A stretch of 63,779 bases of DNA, filler included, from Squatina squatina (Eukaryota), in NCBI GenBank assembly GCA_031763465.1. It is 4 parts of 4 records of this genome, joined end to end, with 100 filler letters (N's around TTAATTAATTAA, not from the genome) between each part and the next. Parts side by side here need not be neighbours in the genome. Positions count along the whole stretch, not along the records: positions 1 to 14,795 come from JARFOE010000192.1; positions 14,896 to 32,476 come from JARFOE010000004.1; 2 more parts are not named here. One strand, written 5' to 3'. Shown in pieces: positions 14,011 to 28,660 of this stretch. Each line of letters opens with the position of its first letter. Positions within the stretch are counted from its first letter, which is position 1. The notes under the pieces were generated by a model. It was given only the letters and a program-made list of their open reading frames with translations, did not search any database and was not told where the DNA came from. The translations under genes and the position numbers were made by a program.

Positions 14011-14795
14011 CACCCAATCCTTTCTCTATCAGTTGCTGATCAAACTGCTGCATAATTCCAGCATTTTGTATTTTTATTTCGGATTTCCAGGATTCGCAGT
14101 TTTTTCTTTTAGTCGCTGATCTTCCCAGCATTTCTTTTAACAGAAGTGTTCAACTGAGAGATGTTTAATAACTTGTCTGCGGTGAAAATATATCCTTCCT
14201 GCTCTACAGTGCCGTCTACATTCAAAGGTTATAAGAAGTCGTGTCTAAACAGCGACACAGATTGGCTCGCAGACGCATTTTCAAGACTAGTGCTGTTTCT
14301 CTGTAAACTGTTAAAATAACTTCCAAACATCCAAATATTACGCTGTAAATGTTTTTAAAGGTGCAGGATTAAAAATGACCTATACTAGTGGGACATGCCC
14401 ATGCAACATTTATTTTTTATCCAAACTGAATATGTTGCTTTATGTGAGATCAAAGTGTGACATTTTAATCTTTTGTGGAGTTCTTTAGATTGACAGACAT
14501 AATAAAGTCCTTTTCTTTCCTGAAGTACCAGGTATTGATGATATACTAATAACTATTTTTAGTTTGCAAGGTCTGGTTATTCTCTTTATGGATTCATTTC
14601 ACTTAATTCATTTTACTGGCTGTATGATTTGAATATCGATTGTGCTATGGTCTCTCTTTTTTAATGCAGCCACCAGCTATACACTGACAGACCTTGTTAG
14701 TCCTCCACCATCTATCAATGTCACCTCAATGCATTTATTGACCGGGAAACCATTTTCATAGGTTTCCATAGTAAGGATCTAAACCTTGTTTAACC

Positions 14796-14895
14796 NNNNN
14801 NNNNNNNNNNNNNNNNNNNNNNNNNNNNNNNNNNNNNNNTTAATTAATTAANNNNNNNNNNNNNNNNNNNNNNNNNNNNNNNNNNNNNNNNNNNN
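14796..14895. other. Artificial scaffold linker (44 N + TTAATTAATTAA + 44 N)
   Basis: Palindromic 12-mer at 14840-14851 with stops in all six frames; identical construct at 32477 and 51570. Confidence 0.95.
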
Positions 14896-15084
14896 GTGAA
14901 AGTTTTCAACCCGTTCCACAGCAATCAGCTCGTCCCGGCTCGCATACATTTTACCTCAAGCTTGTGACGCGTTACCTACAAAAAAACAGTAAACAACACT
15001 GGGTTAGGGGAAACAGGACCGTGCTGAGCTATCACCATTCAACATTTAGGCCAGTGGCATACAACCGCCAGAAATGATGAATTT

Positions 15085-15680
15085 ACTCACTTTTGTTTTA
15101 ATGAGAAAGCTCCCTTTACGTGCACACTATCCGGTACGACAGGGCTGCAACTGCAATGTGCGTGTGCTTTTGTGGTTTGTATTTCTCCACCGGGTTTGAC
15201 AGCTCCTCGCGCGTAATCAAAGGACCATATTTCCGCCCCTGGTTGCGCAGGCGCGATTCGCAGCGCACGCTGGGAAATATAGTTCGCCGGCTGGGAGATC
15301 AGGTCCGATCTAGGCTGCACGAACTACAATTCCCGGCATGCCGAGCCGGGACGCAGCCGGTCTCTGGCACCCAGGCCGACGCGTGACATCAGCGCGTAAG
15401 GCGCGAGCGCGGCCCGCCCATGGCCGACGCTGATTGGTTTGCCGGCTCTTATTTAGCGCGGTTGCCAGGAGCGATCTTAACGGTAATTGGACGATTATGC
15501 CATCAATCAGAGCGTGCGTGCGATCGTCAGAACGCCTGCGCGGAACTCTGAGACAAATGGAAGCTGGCTGGTGTGCTATTGGAATGCGCGAGTCCTGTCG
15601 CGCGGCGCCACCGGGGCATCTCATCGCTTTACAGCGACTTCATATCCGGATACCTCCGTACCCGAGGCTGAATGCTCGGC
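15085..15680 (-). promoter_or_regulatory. CpG-rich housekeeping-type promoter and candidate non-coding first exon, probably of SUPT3H (antisense, nested in RUNX2)
   Basis: GC box 15233-15239, NRF1-like TGCGCAGGCGCG 15244-15255, two ZNF143/THAP11-type motifs (15265-15285 minus, 15321-15341 plus), CCAAT boxes on minus (15430-15438, 15575-15583), minus-strand donor GTGAGT at 15090-15085. Gene identity inferred only from known RUNX2-SUPT3H nesting. Confidence 0.6.
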
Positions 15681-17202
15681 TGGTCCATTAACAAACATGA
15701 ATATTGTCACTTCAGATATTTAAACATACTGCACTCGCATGTTAACAAGGCTCCCTTTTAAAAAAAAGTTTAGGGAATACCCGCTAGATTCCATACCTGC
15801 AACATTAACAAAAATTAGTAATAGAAAGAATTATAATGTCTTTTTTTAATTAAAAGATAGTCAGTTATGATTCGTCTACAATACGGTTTATTCAGTACTG
15901 GGAGTTGCGTGAATTATGGTGCTCATTATTGTGTAATGAATCTGCAAAGATAACTTACATATGCCCTCTTCGTTCCAGCTAAACTGGATAAACGTTATTG
16001 AATATATAATTATCTGAATAAATGCCGAATGTCCTATCTTTATTAGTCAATCCAAGTTACATAAGTGTATTCAATATAACGTTTTGCCATTACGTTATGT
16101 GCCATATATCACGTCCCTTTGATGAATACTTCTGAAAAAGCACGTCGTTTGAAGTTGGTTTAACAAGAGCGATGCCAGTGCCAGATTACTGACTGGCTAA
16201 ATAATTGCTTCCTCAATCTAATTCAAGTAGCTTTTGTACATTTGAAAGTTATCGTTAGGTTTACCACTAATTTACAGCAATCAGTTAACAGTCTGAGACT
16301 CGATTTGTTGTGTTCCAAACTCCGTGCGCTCATAGCCCACCATTCATGTTTTAAAATAATGTTAATAAAATTAACCCACAGTAGCTCTGTTGCGCACATT
16401 TATGGTCAGGCAGTGTCCCACATTTAGAAGTGATTTACAGTTTTTGCAAACGTTTTAACGCACAGTATCGATGTGAACTCAGTGGCAAGACAGCTGTATT
16501 TTTTTCTAAAGTAAAACCACAACAGAAACTGGAAGTCGTCTGCCTCCTAACACTTTTTGAGGAAATAAGCTGTGAAGAAAGCATCAGAGGGCTTTGATAG
16601 GCTCAGATCATAACAAGTAGGCGTTTGGACTTTTTACGATTGGATATGTAAATGATTTTAATAGAGCCCTTTTTTTTAGCAAAGCCTTACTCTGGGGGAC
16701 GCTTTATAACTTTCATTCATTCGCGGAAATGTTTTAGTGTGTAATCTACAGCCGCTCCCTGAAAACTATTCCCCCATCAGCGAGGAGCAAACTATACATT
16801 TCTGTATATATTCGGGCNNNNNNNNNNNNNNNNNNNNNNNNNNNNNNNNNNNNNNNNNNNNNNNNNNNNNNNNNNNNNNNNNNNNNNNNNNNNNNNNNNN
16901 NNNNNNNNNNNNNNNNNNNNNNNNNNNNNNNNNNNNNNNNNNNNNNNNNNNNNNNNNNNNNNNNNNNNNNNNNNNNNNNCTTATAGCTGAAAATCATTTG
17001 AGCAAACTGTCAGACCCTGGGAGGCATTTGGCAGAAACCCTCCTGTAATAAAGATTTAGGTATTGGCTTGGTTCCTAACTGGTTGCCATGGCTCCCAGTG
17101 CTCTTCGTAATGTTCACAGGAGCTGTGAGGATGAACCAGGCTTTTTTTTTAAAGAAGAGAAAACGAAAAATAAAGAAACTGGACTGGATTGAGTGACAAT
17201 AA

Positions 17203-17595
<393 letters not shown>

Positions 17596-18483
17596 TAAAT
17601 ACACGGTAAGAAGAAAATATTGTCAACAATAGTGAGCTGTAAATATGCTTTATAAAAGTGAGGTTTGTATTCAGGACNNNNNNNNNNNNNNNNNNNTGCG
17701 TAAACCTATAATTGCAGCTTTTAATGTGCATTTGGTACTCATCAAATCATTTTATGTGAATTTATAATATTTTAGTTTGCCAAGAGCAATACAGTAGCAA
17801 CTTTCTCAAACTGCATTTTATATTTAAACACAGATCTGGACTGTAAGACTGGTGAATGCGCAGCATTTTCTTTACTGTGTTACTTGTGGCACATATCATT
17901 TAGTAATCGGTTCGCCTATGTCTGAGGACAGGGCACACTGTGTGGATCAATTCTTGACATGAATTTTAAGCGTTTAATAATTGTTACATAAATATATTGG
18001 ACAGCAAACATAAAGTAATTGCAAAATAATCCGTAAATAACTTTTTGGTAGCACAGGATCAGTTCAGATCTTTACAAAGGGCAGACTGTGTTGCAAACTA
18101 ATTCCCTAAATGCGACACCCCTAAATACGCGCTGCTATAACGATAATCAGTCACGGAGATTGTGAAAGAGCAGTGGGGACAATGTTCGCACACATTCTTG
18201 CAGTTATTTTCTCTCCACAATAAAATACATTGCAGGGTTAAGCCAACATATTAATTATTTTTAGTTTGAAACGTATTCCGAGAAGATGGAACAAATCCAT
18301 CATTTATAAAGAGGACAGGGCAGGACGATATCCATCATGGGGGTTTGTTTCGGAATTGTGTAACCCAGAGCCTCCCCGGCGCTAACTGAAGCTGCCCCCC
18401 GCCCGTGCGCCCTGGTCTTGGTGAGCCAGCTCGCTGGTAGCAGTGGCTAGCCCACTGTATTGATGGTGTGTGTTGCTCTCTGA

Positions 18484-18663
<180 letters not shown>

Positions 18664-20979
18664 TAAATCCGTGGTTACTTTAGCAATATATATATAGGTG
18701 TGTCTGTGTGGGGTCCAAGTGCAGTATTTCCAAGACACGGGAACGTGACACCATCTAGCATTTATGCTGGTACAGAAATGATTGTTAACAGGAGTTAACT
18801 GCATCCGATTTTAAACAATGACAGTCGGGTCCCTGTATCAGCCTCCCTCTCCATCTGATTCTTTCTGCTGAAATACTACCTTTTGTCGAGTTCTTTCCTT
18901 TCTGTTTGTCTATCCTGTCAACTTCCCAGTATTTTCGACACTCACTCGCTCTCTTTTTCTCTCTCTTTCGTGTGTTCGCCTGCAAACTTCACTGGTTGGA
19001 TTGTGGTCGTCACCTTTCAACAAAGAAAACATTATTTGTTTAGATGAACTGAAAACTTAGCAAAGTTGTAAGGATTCGTTCCAGATGCCCATTGCAGAAG
19101 ATTATCTGCATTTTGATGTTCTAAGGTGTCAAAGTCATTTTAAGTAATGTACTCTACTGAAACACAAAAATGAAGGAAGTGACAGGGTTTCTTCCAGTTT
19201 AATCCTTTGTGGATCAGCTTTCTGTTTTTGCTTGGAACAGGCATANNNNNNNNNNNNNNNNNNNNNNNNNNNNNNNNNNNNNNNNNNNNNNNNNTGAGCA
19301 TTAATTGCAGGCTTGTCAGTGTTGCCCACAGCCTGAGAAAAAATATAAAAAAGAAATGTATTAACTAAAAAACGCTAAGTCAATACACAATGCAAGCACC
19401 TAAACCGAATGTACCTGAAAAAGTTGTTTAAAAAGTTCAAAGAAATCACAAAGGAGTGGTGTACCCAGTTTTACTGTTTTGCTTTTCTCTTGGCTCGCTT
19501 CCCAAAAAGCATTTTTTTCTTTCAAAAAAAGACTAACTGCTTGCAGGCTTTTCACGCATGGGAGATGAAGAAAGCTTCTTTTGATGAAGTGTAATTATGT
19601 CCAAACAGACTTGACCCTTTTTTTCTTATGATCTTCGCGGAACAAACCCCTGGTTTGCTTTGAAGCAAGCGGCTTGTTTCCAGCTCAGAGTGTGCCAAAG
19701 GCAGGAAGAGCTGCAAAAGAGTTTTAAGTCGAGACTTGTCTTGTGAGATTCAGTTCAAGAGGAGGGAGAGGAAGAGATAAGATCATTAATTGATTCCCAT
19801 TTCTACTGAACATTCAGAGAGCCACCACCAACAGACCCGAGCCAGTGCGAATACAGGGAAGCGAGCATTCGAACCACTTAATCACTTAGAACTTGAGTTA
19901 CCTATTAACTGATCCTAGACAGCAGACAGACATAGACAAGCTTAGCTGACACAAGTAGAAGATAAAAAGATTGCACACATACAGACACGCCTAAACAGTG
20001 GACAAAGGACATTAGATCACACTGGACAGTCATGTGAAGATCTTTGAAAACTGAAAATTTTGAGGAAGTTCATGTAGCTGACTCATCAAGGCAAAATGTT
20101 TAAACATCAACAAAAAGACAAGTCGAAAACTTTCAATTGCGGAATGTTAGACTTTTAAACAAGATATGGACATTAGTGTCTACCAAATGCACAGTCAGTA
20201 TTACAGCTTGAAACAGGCTGTTCTGATTCATTCACTGGTTTATGCAAAGCCCTGTATTGATGCAAAGCGATGACTGTTTTATTGACTCACTTTACAACGC
20301 CCACCTTTTCCTGTCTTGAAGGATTACTGCACTGACTGCTATTGGAAATGACGAACAATTGCATATCTAACTTATTACATATGTGGGAATGTCTATTCAA
20401 AAGGTACAGGGGTTTTGTTCATACAATCCATTCCTTTTTCCAATACCCTTCCAGCAAAGGTACCTTGAGGAGAAACAAAATACGTACAAACTCAGGACAC
20501 ATGTGAATTGAAGTATAGTTGATTGGTAAAATATACAATTCACAATTAATGGAAGGAAGAAATAAAAGATTAATTAAAAGTTAATAATTAAAAGTTATTA
20601 ATTACTTAACAGCTCTTAGCACTCCCCGCTCAGAAACTATAATCACAAACTAAAGACCTTCTAAACCTTATCAACTATTAACCATAACTGTCAAACTAAA
20701 GAGTAGTATAAATACTCACCAGACCAAACTCACCCAATCAGCTGCCTCCTCTTGCCTGCATCACTTTTTGAAATGTGACTCGGCTCTGGAACGCCGCCAC
20801 CAGTTTTTTGACTGCTGGACCTCTCCTCTCCTTTATACCTTGCTCTGCCGTTGCCGCCATCACCGCTTGTCCCCTCACAGGTCTGCCGCTCTCTGTGGAG
20901 TGCTGGACCTCTCCTCTCTTTTAAGACTCGCTCTGCAGCTGCCGCCACCGCCGCTTGCCCCCCTCGCAGGTCCGCCACA

Positions 20980-21230
20980 GTCTAAGGATAAGGGGTGGGC
21001 CATTTAGGACGGAGATGAGGAGAAATTTCTTCACCCAGAGTGTGGTGAACCTGTGGAATTCTCTTCCACATAGGGTAGTTGAGGCCAAGTCATTGAATAT
21101 ATTCAAGAGGGAGTTAGACATAGTTCTTAGGGCTAAAGGGATCCAGGGATACAGGGAGAAAGCGGGAACAGGGTACTGAATTTGGATGATCAGCCATGAT
21201 CATATTGAATGGCGGAGCAGGCTCGAAGGG
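20980..21230 (+). mobile_element. CR1 LINE 3' end
   Basis: HSLRIRGGPFRTEMRRNFFTQSVVNLWNSLP, the CR1 ORF2 C-terminus, followed by the CR1 3' UTR. Confidence 0.9.
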
Positions 21231-22176
21231 NNNNNNNNNNNNNNNNNNNNNNNNNNNNNNNNNNNNNNNNNNNNNNNNNNNNNNNNNNNNNNNNNNNNNN
21301 NNNNNNNNNNNNNNNNNNNNNNNNNNNNNNTTCAGAATGATTAGTAATGCTTGAGACCGTGGGAATAAGATGTCCATGTTTGGGCTTAATTAGGGATCCT
21401 TTTACATATCAAGTCATGAGCCTTTGTATTCTCAAGCAGCAAAAAGGTTTATTCAGCAATTAGGTTCTTGCCAGGAATGATAGACTATAGAATTATTATA
21501 TTGTTATTAAACAAAACTAAGGGAAACAATCTGGCGGTAGCTAGGCATACTGAGAGCAGGAATACTCCCTTAGATACATGAGGATTAATGTTCTAGCCTC
21601 TGTGCACTTTTCTTCATTCCAGGAGAAGGAGCAGGAAAGGCAGCCCATTTACACATGACCAGCACTACTTGCTGAAGCCTTTTTAAATGGGCAATGTCTT
21701 AAAGACAATTTCACACATTTCTAAGTTAGCAGAGTGACGTGATCAGTGTTGTGATACATCATTGCATTGTCAGGTCACATATTGGTGTACAAAAACATAT
21801 ATATAAATCTTAAAAATATATGGCACAATTTTGTGCTGCAGTATATGTATTTTTTACTGAATAAACAAAAGTTGATTTCTAGCATCTATATTTTAATTTT
21901 TAAGATTTACAAAATAATTGTTGGTCACAATAATATTTGTATTATATGTACTATAATATTATGTGCAAACACAAACATCTCCAAGGCAGATATTCATCAA
22001 CATTGATGTAAAGATCTTGGTGTTAAAATCTCATGTTTCAGACAGAAGTTGCCTTTGTAAATACTCACCCCAGGGTTGCAATTTAAGACCACATCATCAT
22101 ACTGCTGCAAAACAGTATGTGCAATTGTTGTTAATTGGAGGGGAGGGCATGATGGTCACATAAGAAGTAAAAGTAA

Positions 22177-22365
<189 letters not shown>

Positions 22366-24504
22366 TAAGTTGAAATTTGAAAAAGGCTTTGGATTAACAT
22401 TGTTCTTTCTCTTTTAAATCGCAAAAGTTGTTAAACTTTGATCAAGTGCAATGGTTTCAGGGTTTAAGCCAACTACTCTATTGAATTGTTTTAGCAAGTT
22501 CTGTTCCTCTTCCATCACAGCTTCTCTGTTTTCAGGTGAGAGATTGAATGAATGAATAGCTCACCTTTAACCATTTCCAAATCAATGGTTGCTCTGAATC
22601 TCAATTGATATGAGATTTTCTAATCAAGTTCAATTCAATTTTCACCCAAAGTTAGTGCCAAATAGAGAGTGCCAAAATGACCTGACGAGGAACTGTCTGA
22701 TATAACTGTGACTAGTGCTCAAGTATTTGGCAGTCCTGAGCTTCATAATCTATAAACAATAGTTACCAAAATCTTTTAAAAATTATTATATTGAAGCTTC
22801 CAAAGGTTTGGTGGTAATATCTCCATTTCTGAGCCATACAGACCAGGATCCCTGATCTGTGCTCAGTTAGCTGATCTTTTCCACAGCAATGTCAGGAGTA
22901 TCGCAATTGGCTGCAATGCCCTTGGGCTAAACAATGGAAAATTGGCTAACTCTAATTGCGACTGCGTGTCTGTTGTTGGGAGTACATATGTGTGGCTTCC
23001 ACAACAGAATAGGATCGGACTTGGCTGCGATGGCCTCCACATTGAATAGCTTGCTGGCACTCGTTACCAAGGTTTACAAACAAATAATGGCCAGTTGGGC
23101 AAGATAACAGAGCCTTATGCCGCCCTGTTACACCCAAACCATAATCATGTTTTTAAGTATGATGTAAATGTTGGCAATTTTACTTTTTAGCTCATTACAA
23201 TAAAACTAAACATACAATATAATAAGTTTTGCCATCTTTTGTATAACTACTGAGATGGCAACCAATCTGACCCTTCAGAAAGTATCCACTTTCTCAGTAA
23301 TATCTGAGGAACATTAACTTGGTACAAGATTAATGGACGAAAGTCATCTTATTGTTTTGTAATCATTCCCACTTCTTAAAATTAAGCACCATCACACCTC
23401 AGCACAGATATTCAAGACAAACCAATTTACATAATATTTTGTGTTCATTTTCACAAGCCATGCTTCAAAGGAGCTATTAGTCTCATTTGAGAAGTAGAAT
23501 TGGAAAGTAATTAATGTTTATATATGTTGCAGTATCTACCTTAAACTTGTTTTGAAATGGTACAGTGGCTTCCAGCACTGACTGTTAAATAANNNNNNNN
23601 NNNNNNNNNNNNNNNNNNNNNNNNNNNNNNNNNNNNNNNNNNNNNNNNNNNNNNNNNNNNNNNNNNNNNNNNNNNNNNNNNNNNNNNNNNNNAAGATTAA
23701 AAACTCCTCCATCTTATAATTGCTGTGTTTAACTTTGAACTTTTTTTCCCTTGAGCTTTGATTCATCTTTGTTTAAAGGACTTCAGTGCTTTGTTCAAAA
23801 AAAAACAGCAGATGAATTTCTAAATTGCCCAGTTTTTTTTTCTCTGTCTCCTAACTTTTCAGTAGTTAAACAGGTAGCCAGGCAGGAAATGACACATCTC
23901 GAGCCATTTGGTTGTGTAGCCTTTTGGGCCCAGAGTACTTATAGTATTGTTAGTGCTTCTGAAACAACAAGCACATTCAGAGTTTTAGTGACGATGTGCT
24001 CAGGTAATCGATTAACTTCAAAATTTCCCTTGAAAGGTCACCAGTTGCAAAATATACTTAAATGACCAAAAATAAATGATTATCGTTTCTCCTTCCGGAT
24101 ATTTGTGTCTTGTAGTAAAAAGGCAAATGCAACTCACAAATTTTCATAGCAACTGCCAACTTGTGATTAAGTACAAGAATAAATAGAGCTTGAATGATTT
24201 AGATTTTCATTTTCAAGAGGATCAGTCAGAAAAAGCACCAACATGTAAGAAAGCTTAAAATGTGTCCACAAACAAGAAGCACCATTTTACCTTTGAATCA
24301 AACATTACAGCTTTGCAGCAATGTTGAGTACATTTTTCTGTTTTGTTTATCTTCATTTCAACTTATTTTTAATGACTGTTATAAGAAGTAAGCTCCAAGA
24401 ATCTGTCCATTTGGTATTGCCTAAACATTTAGAACAGACAACATGTAAAAATATGGTGACCAGATCAGAAGAGTGGCAAACTGGGACAATCAGTCTGCAC
24501 ATGT

Positions 24505-24642
24505 GCAGTCCATTCTCCACCAGGACTGCGCCATTCTCCACCGGGACTGCGCCATTCTCCACAAGACTGCACAAGCACAGTCCATTCTCCGCCGGGACTG
24601 CGCCATTCTCAGCCAGGACTGTACAAGCACAGTCCATTCTCC
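24505..24642. repeat. Minisatellite, about 21-bp core CCATTCTCCACCAGGACTGCG with longer variants
   Basis: Tandem copies running into a gap. Confidence 0.85.
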
Positions 24643-27268
24643 NNNNNNNNNNNNNNNNNNNNNNNNNNNNNNNNNNNNNNNNNNNNNNNNNNNNNNNNNN
24701 NNNNNNNNNNNNNNNNNNNNNNNNNNNNNNNNNNNNNNNNNNGTGTGAGTTTAGCCTGCCCCAAGTCTCTGCCCAGATGCTGACCAATAAACAGAGGTCA
24801 GGGTCACTGACATGATTTTGGTGGGCTCACAGGAATGTTTCTTCAGCTGCGAGTTGTCCACCTCGGGTGGTGGAGAGGAAAATGGCTGTGGCGTCTCCTG
24901 CAGCATAGCGTGGCTAGTAGCCCAGGCAGAAGATCCCAATAAAATATGTGATGAAAAGTGTTAAACCTCCCACCTTGCCCAGTGCATTCCATCACTTGTG
25001 AATCGATTGCACCAGGCATAGCATCCGTTTAAAGTTTACATTCCTTCACCTCTTTCTTTTGCTCATGCACTGCCATTCCTAGTACCAAGTTTTGCTCTGG
25101 TGTAAATGATGGGAAATATGATCAATGATGTTTTCTCATCATTTGCATTCCTTTGCAATATGTCTAGCCAACGTACACCCACATCACTTCCATGGAAAAT
25201 GAAGGCAGTTGCATCAGGTGACAAGAAGCCAACAAAATAGCTCCTCGCCCAATTTACCTCCCACGCCTGCTGCAGTTAGTGCCAGGGAGTCACTGTAACT
25301 GCAGAGGAAGATCTACCCTATGGTTCTGAGGGTAACAGAGCTTCAATTTTATTTTACAATTTCGCGCCTTGGATTAAGCAAAGTAACTTCTGTATACTGT
25401 TAATTCATTTTATATTTTGATATCCATGTGCCAAATATCAAGCCTCTGAGTCCAATCTCTATGCATGGTTTACCTTCAAATGAAACAATGACTGAATAAC
25501 TAATACCCACTAATGAGACTAGATTACTTAAGAAGTGACTGTGGTCGGGTTAGCATTTAAAGTGTTGTTTCTTAACAGTACAATGCAGTTGTACTATACT
25601 GGGCTATGTCTCCCATTGAACAGTTGCATTCCAGTGGCATTCTTTTCAGTGTCTCAGTTGTAGCTAGGAGTTGTTACTTATAACAGATGTTCTAAGAAAT
25701 ATATGCATTGGAATCCACTTGGTCATAATCAGCTGATGGTACTTTATAGGGTCACTGCAGACTTTTCAATTGCTCTACGTCTTAAGTGTGTAAATAGTGT
25801 AAACTTCAAATAGAACAAGAAAGGATTTTTGCATATAAGATGTCTGGTGGCAAACTGAACATGGGGACTACACAGTGTGCATCTTTAAACCTGTCCATTG
25901 ATAGCCATTAATTTGGGGCAAAAAGAAAGACATCTGTGTTCTACCCTCCCACATATACAGAGAGTTCACTTTTTAGCTCATATTTCATTAGGGTTGCCAA
26001 ATCTGGTTGGATGTATTCCTGAAAGTTTCATCACCTGACCTCCCGCCTCCAACTGCCCTGCTGTTTTTTTAATCATTCTCCAATATTTTTATAACAAATA
26101 AACAAAAATGAAAAATACACAATTTTTAATGCTTCTTTGATTTTTCTCCCGGGTTGCTCGCAGCAGTGTTTTGGAAATTAATCTTTAATTCCTGGAGACT
26201 CCAGGGCATTACAGGAGGGTTGGCAATCCTACATTTCTTTGATATTAAGGATTGAGCCTATTAACTACCAACTTATGTGGATGTGACAATATCCACATTC
26301 AGCTGAAATTTGAGTGAGGGAGAGTGACTGGATGATTTGCTATTGAGCATTGTTAAGGACATTGTTACACAGTTGAGGACACCTTTGGTCACCTGACCTA
26401 ATATTCCAGTATTCTCACCAGGATGTTTTGGGTCCTGTTTGATTCGCTGAGTTCTGATTACTTACCTTGTCATCAACATTTTATTAAACACAGCTGTGAT
26501 TCCTCTGCAGCAGTGAATTAAAAGGAAATGGGGAAACTGTGGCAGGTTACAGCGCGAGAATTCAGCCCGTTTGGTAGCTCTGACTCATAAATACAAGAAA
26601 TCCTCTGCTTCCTTGAGCTTGTTTTTTCTGAAAAGTATTATATGTGTTGTGCTAAAACTTCCAAATCTGTCGGCCATTCACTTATTTCTGCAATGAGTCA
26701 CAGAGATAAAACTAATCCTGCAATACAAACACTAGAGGTACAGCAAAGATGCCCTTTTTGTGTCTATTTACAATCTAGGAACTACGTGTCAAATTTTGTT
26801 CGATAATGCTCCTGTGAAGCGCAATGGGACATTTTAGTACCCAAAGGCGCAATATAAATGCAATTTGTTGTTGTAGTGTTCAATGCCTACAACTTGTAAT
26901 TACGGTGTCTGATACCTGCAGCATGCTTCTGAAAACAATCAGAGCATTGTTGCAAAAGAATACAATATTTCTGTAATATTTTCAGAAAATCGTTTTATTG
27001 GCATTAATTAAAAAATAGAGTACCTCGGAAACAAGTATGCCAGAGCTGTGGCATACCGACAGCAAGGGATAATGGCTATTTGCTTAACTTCTTCCTTTAC
27101 AATATAATGGTTGAAAAAAAAATTCTGGTTCCATTTTGTAAGCTTTGCAAGAGAGGAGAGTGCTTTCTTTATAAGACTGCTGTTTATTAGCTTTGAATGC
27201 AGACTAAGGCCTACAAAAGTGATACAGACTATTTTCTGGCAAGTTAACAGAAGAGAAAAAAAGATTGA

Positions 27269-27496
<228 letters not shown>

Positions 27497-28314
27497 TGAA
27501 GATGGTGCGGGGAGGGATGGGAAAGGTTGGGAATTGAACTCTTTGACACAGTTNNNNNNNNNNNNNNNNNNNNNNNNNNNNNNNNNNNNNNNNNNNNNNN
27601 NNNNNNNNNNNNNNNNNNNNNNNNNNNNNNNNNNNNNNNNNNNNNNNNNNNNNTTATCAATGGGTATTTGATCTGAGTAGATTGGCCAATGGGATGCTCT
27701 GTGCCAAAACAGGACATAGTTTCATACTAGTGAAAATATCCAACAGATTTTTATCATGCTTTCTATAAAAAAACTACTTTCCATTGCTATGAAATAGCAA
27801 GTAAACATTCCTTTAACTAGAGAGTAGTTTTTCAATGGGGCAAAACAACAATCTTTACTTTTATGAAGAGTTTAATCACAAGTCCTTTGAGAACAATTAG
27901 TATTATTGCACCATGTCGGACAACATAAAAGGTTCAGCATTTTCAGTTTATTCAAAGAATTCCTTTTTTTTAAAAAGCAAGTTGGTTTACAGAGTTAGAT
28001 GAAAAGCATTTTTACATATTTTATATTGAAATAAAAGCAGATGAAAGAGTGGTTGAAAGAAGAGGAAAAACAACAGTAATGAAACAGAAAACTTAGTTTG
28101 AAAAATATTTATGCCTAGGGTGTCTATATGATTGCATATTTATTATTTTCATATAAGCCAAGGAGAGTAGGAAATTGTTCTCACCATGAAAACTGTAATC
28201 AATTCATTCTTGTATTTTAAAGTGAGTATCTTAGATCAAGAACAATCACTGGCAAAAACCTGAGGGGTGGTTAATCTGGCTAGTAGTGGGAGTAATGCAT
28301 AATATGTCAAGATC

Positions 28315-28660
28315 TTGGCTCAATTACTAACCTGTGAGGCCAGAGGTTGTGGGTTCAAATCCCTGTCCAGGATTTGAGCACATAATCTAGGTTGATGTTT
28401 TAGTAGAATGTTGAGGAGTGATTTATTTTGGATGAGGCATTAAACTTAATCTCCATTTGCCTGTTGAGATAGCTTCAAAAGATCCTGTGATACTATTTAA
28501 AGAAGAGGAGTGCTCCCAGTGTCCTGGCTAATATTCCTCCTTCAACCAAAAACATCAAAGCAGATTTACTGATCATGTGTCTCACTTGTGTGCAAATTAA
28601 CTGTCGTATTTGCCTATATAACAGCAGTAAATGCCTTTCAAGTGTAATTCAGTGCGTGTT
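28315..28660 (+). mobile_element. Degenerate SacSINE1/DeuSINE-like SINE
   Basis: Collinear with 32625-33097 (gggttcaaatccc...gagcacataatctagg...aaagatcc...gtcctggctaatatt...). Confidence 0.75.

Noticed and set aside
14840-14851. TTAATTAATTAA as a homeodomain site, piggyBac TTAA target or recombination site
   Set aside because: Always centred in exactly 44 N + 44 N, so it is a synthetic linker.
15990-16084. Imperfect inverted repeat AAACGTTATTGAATA / TATTCAATATAACGTTT
   Set aside because: Short, AT-rich and bulged; compatible with chance or an old MITE remnant.
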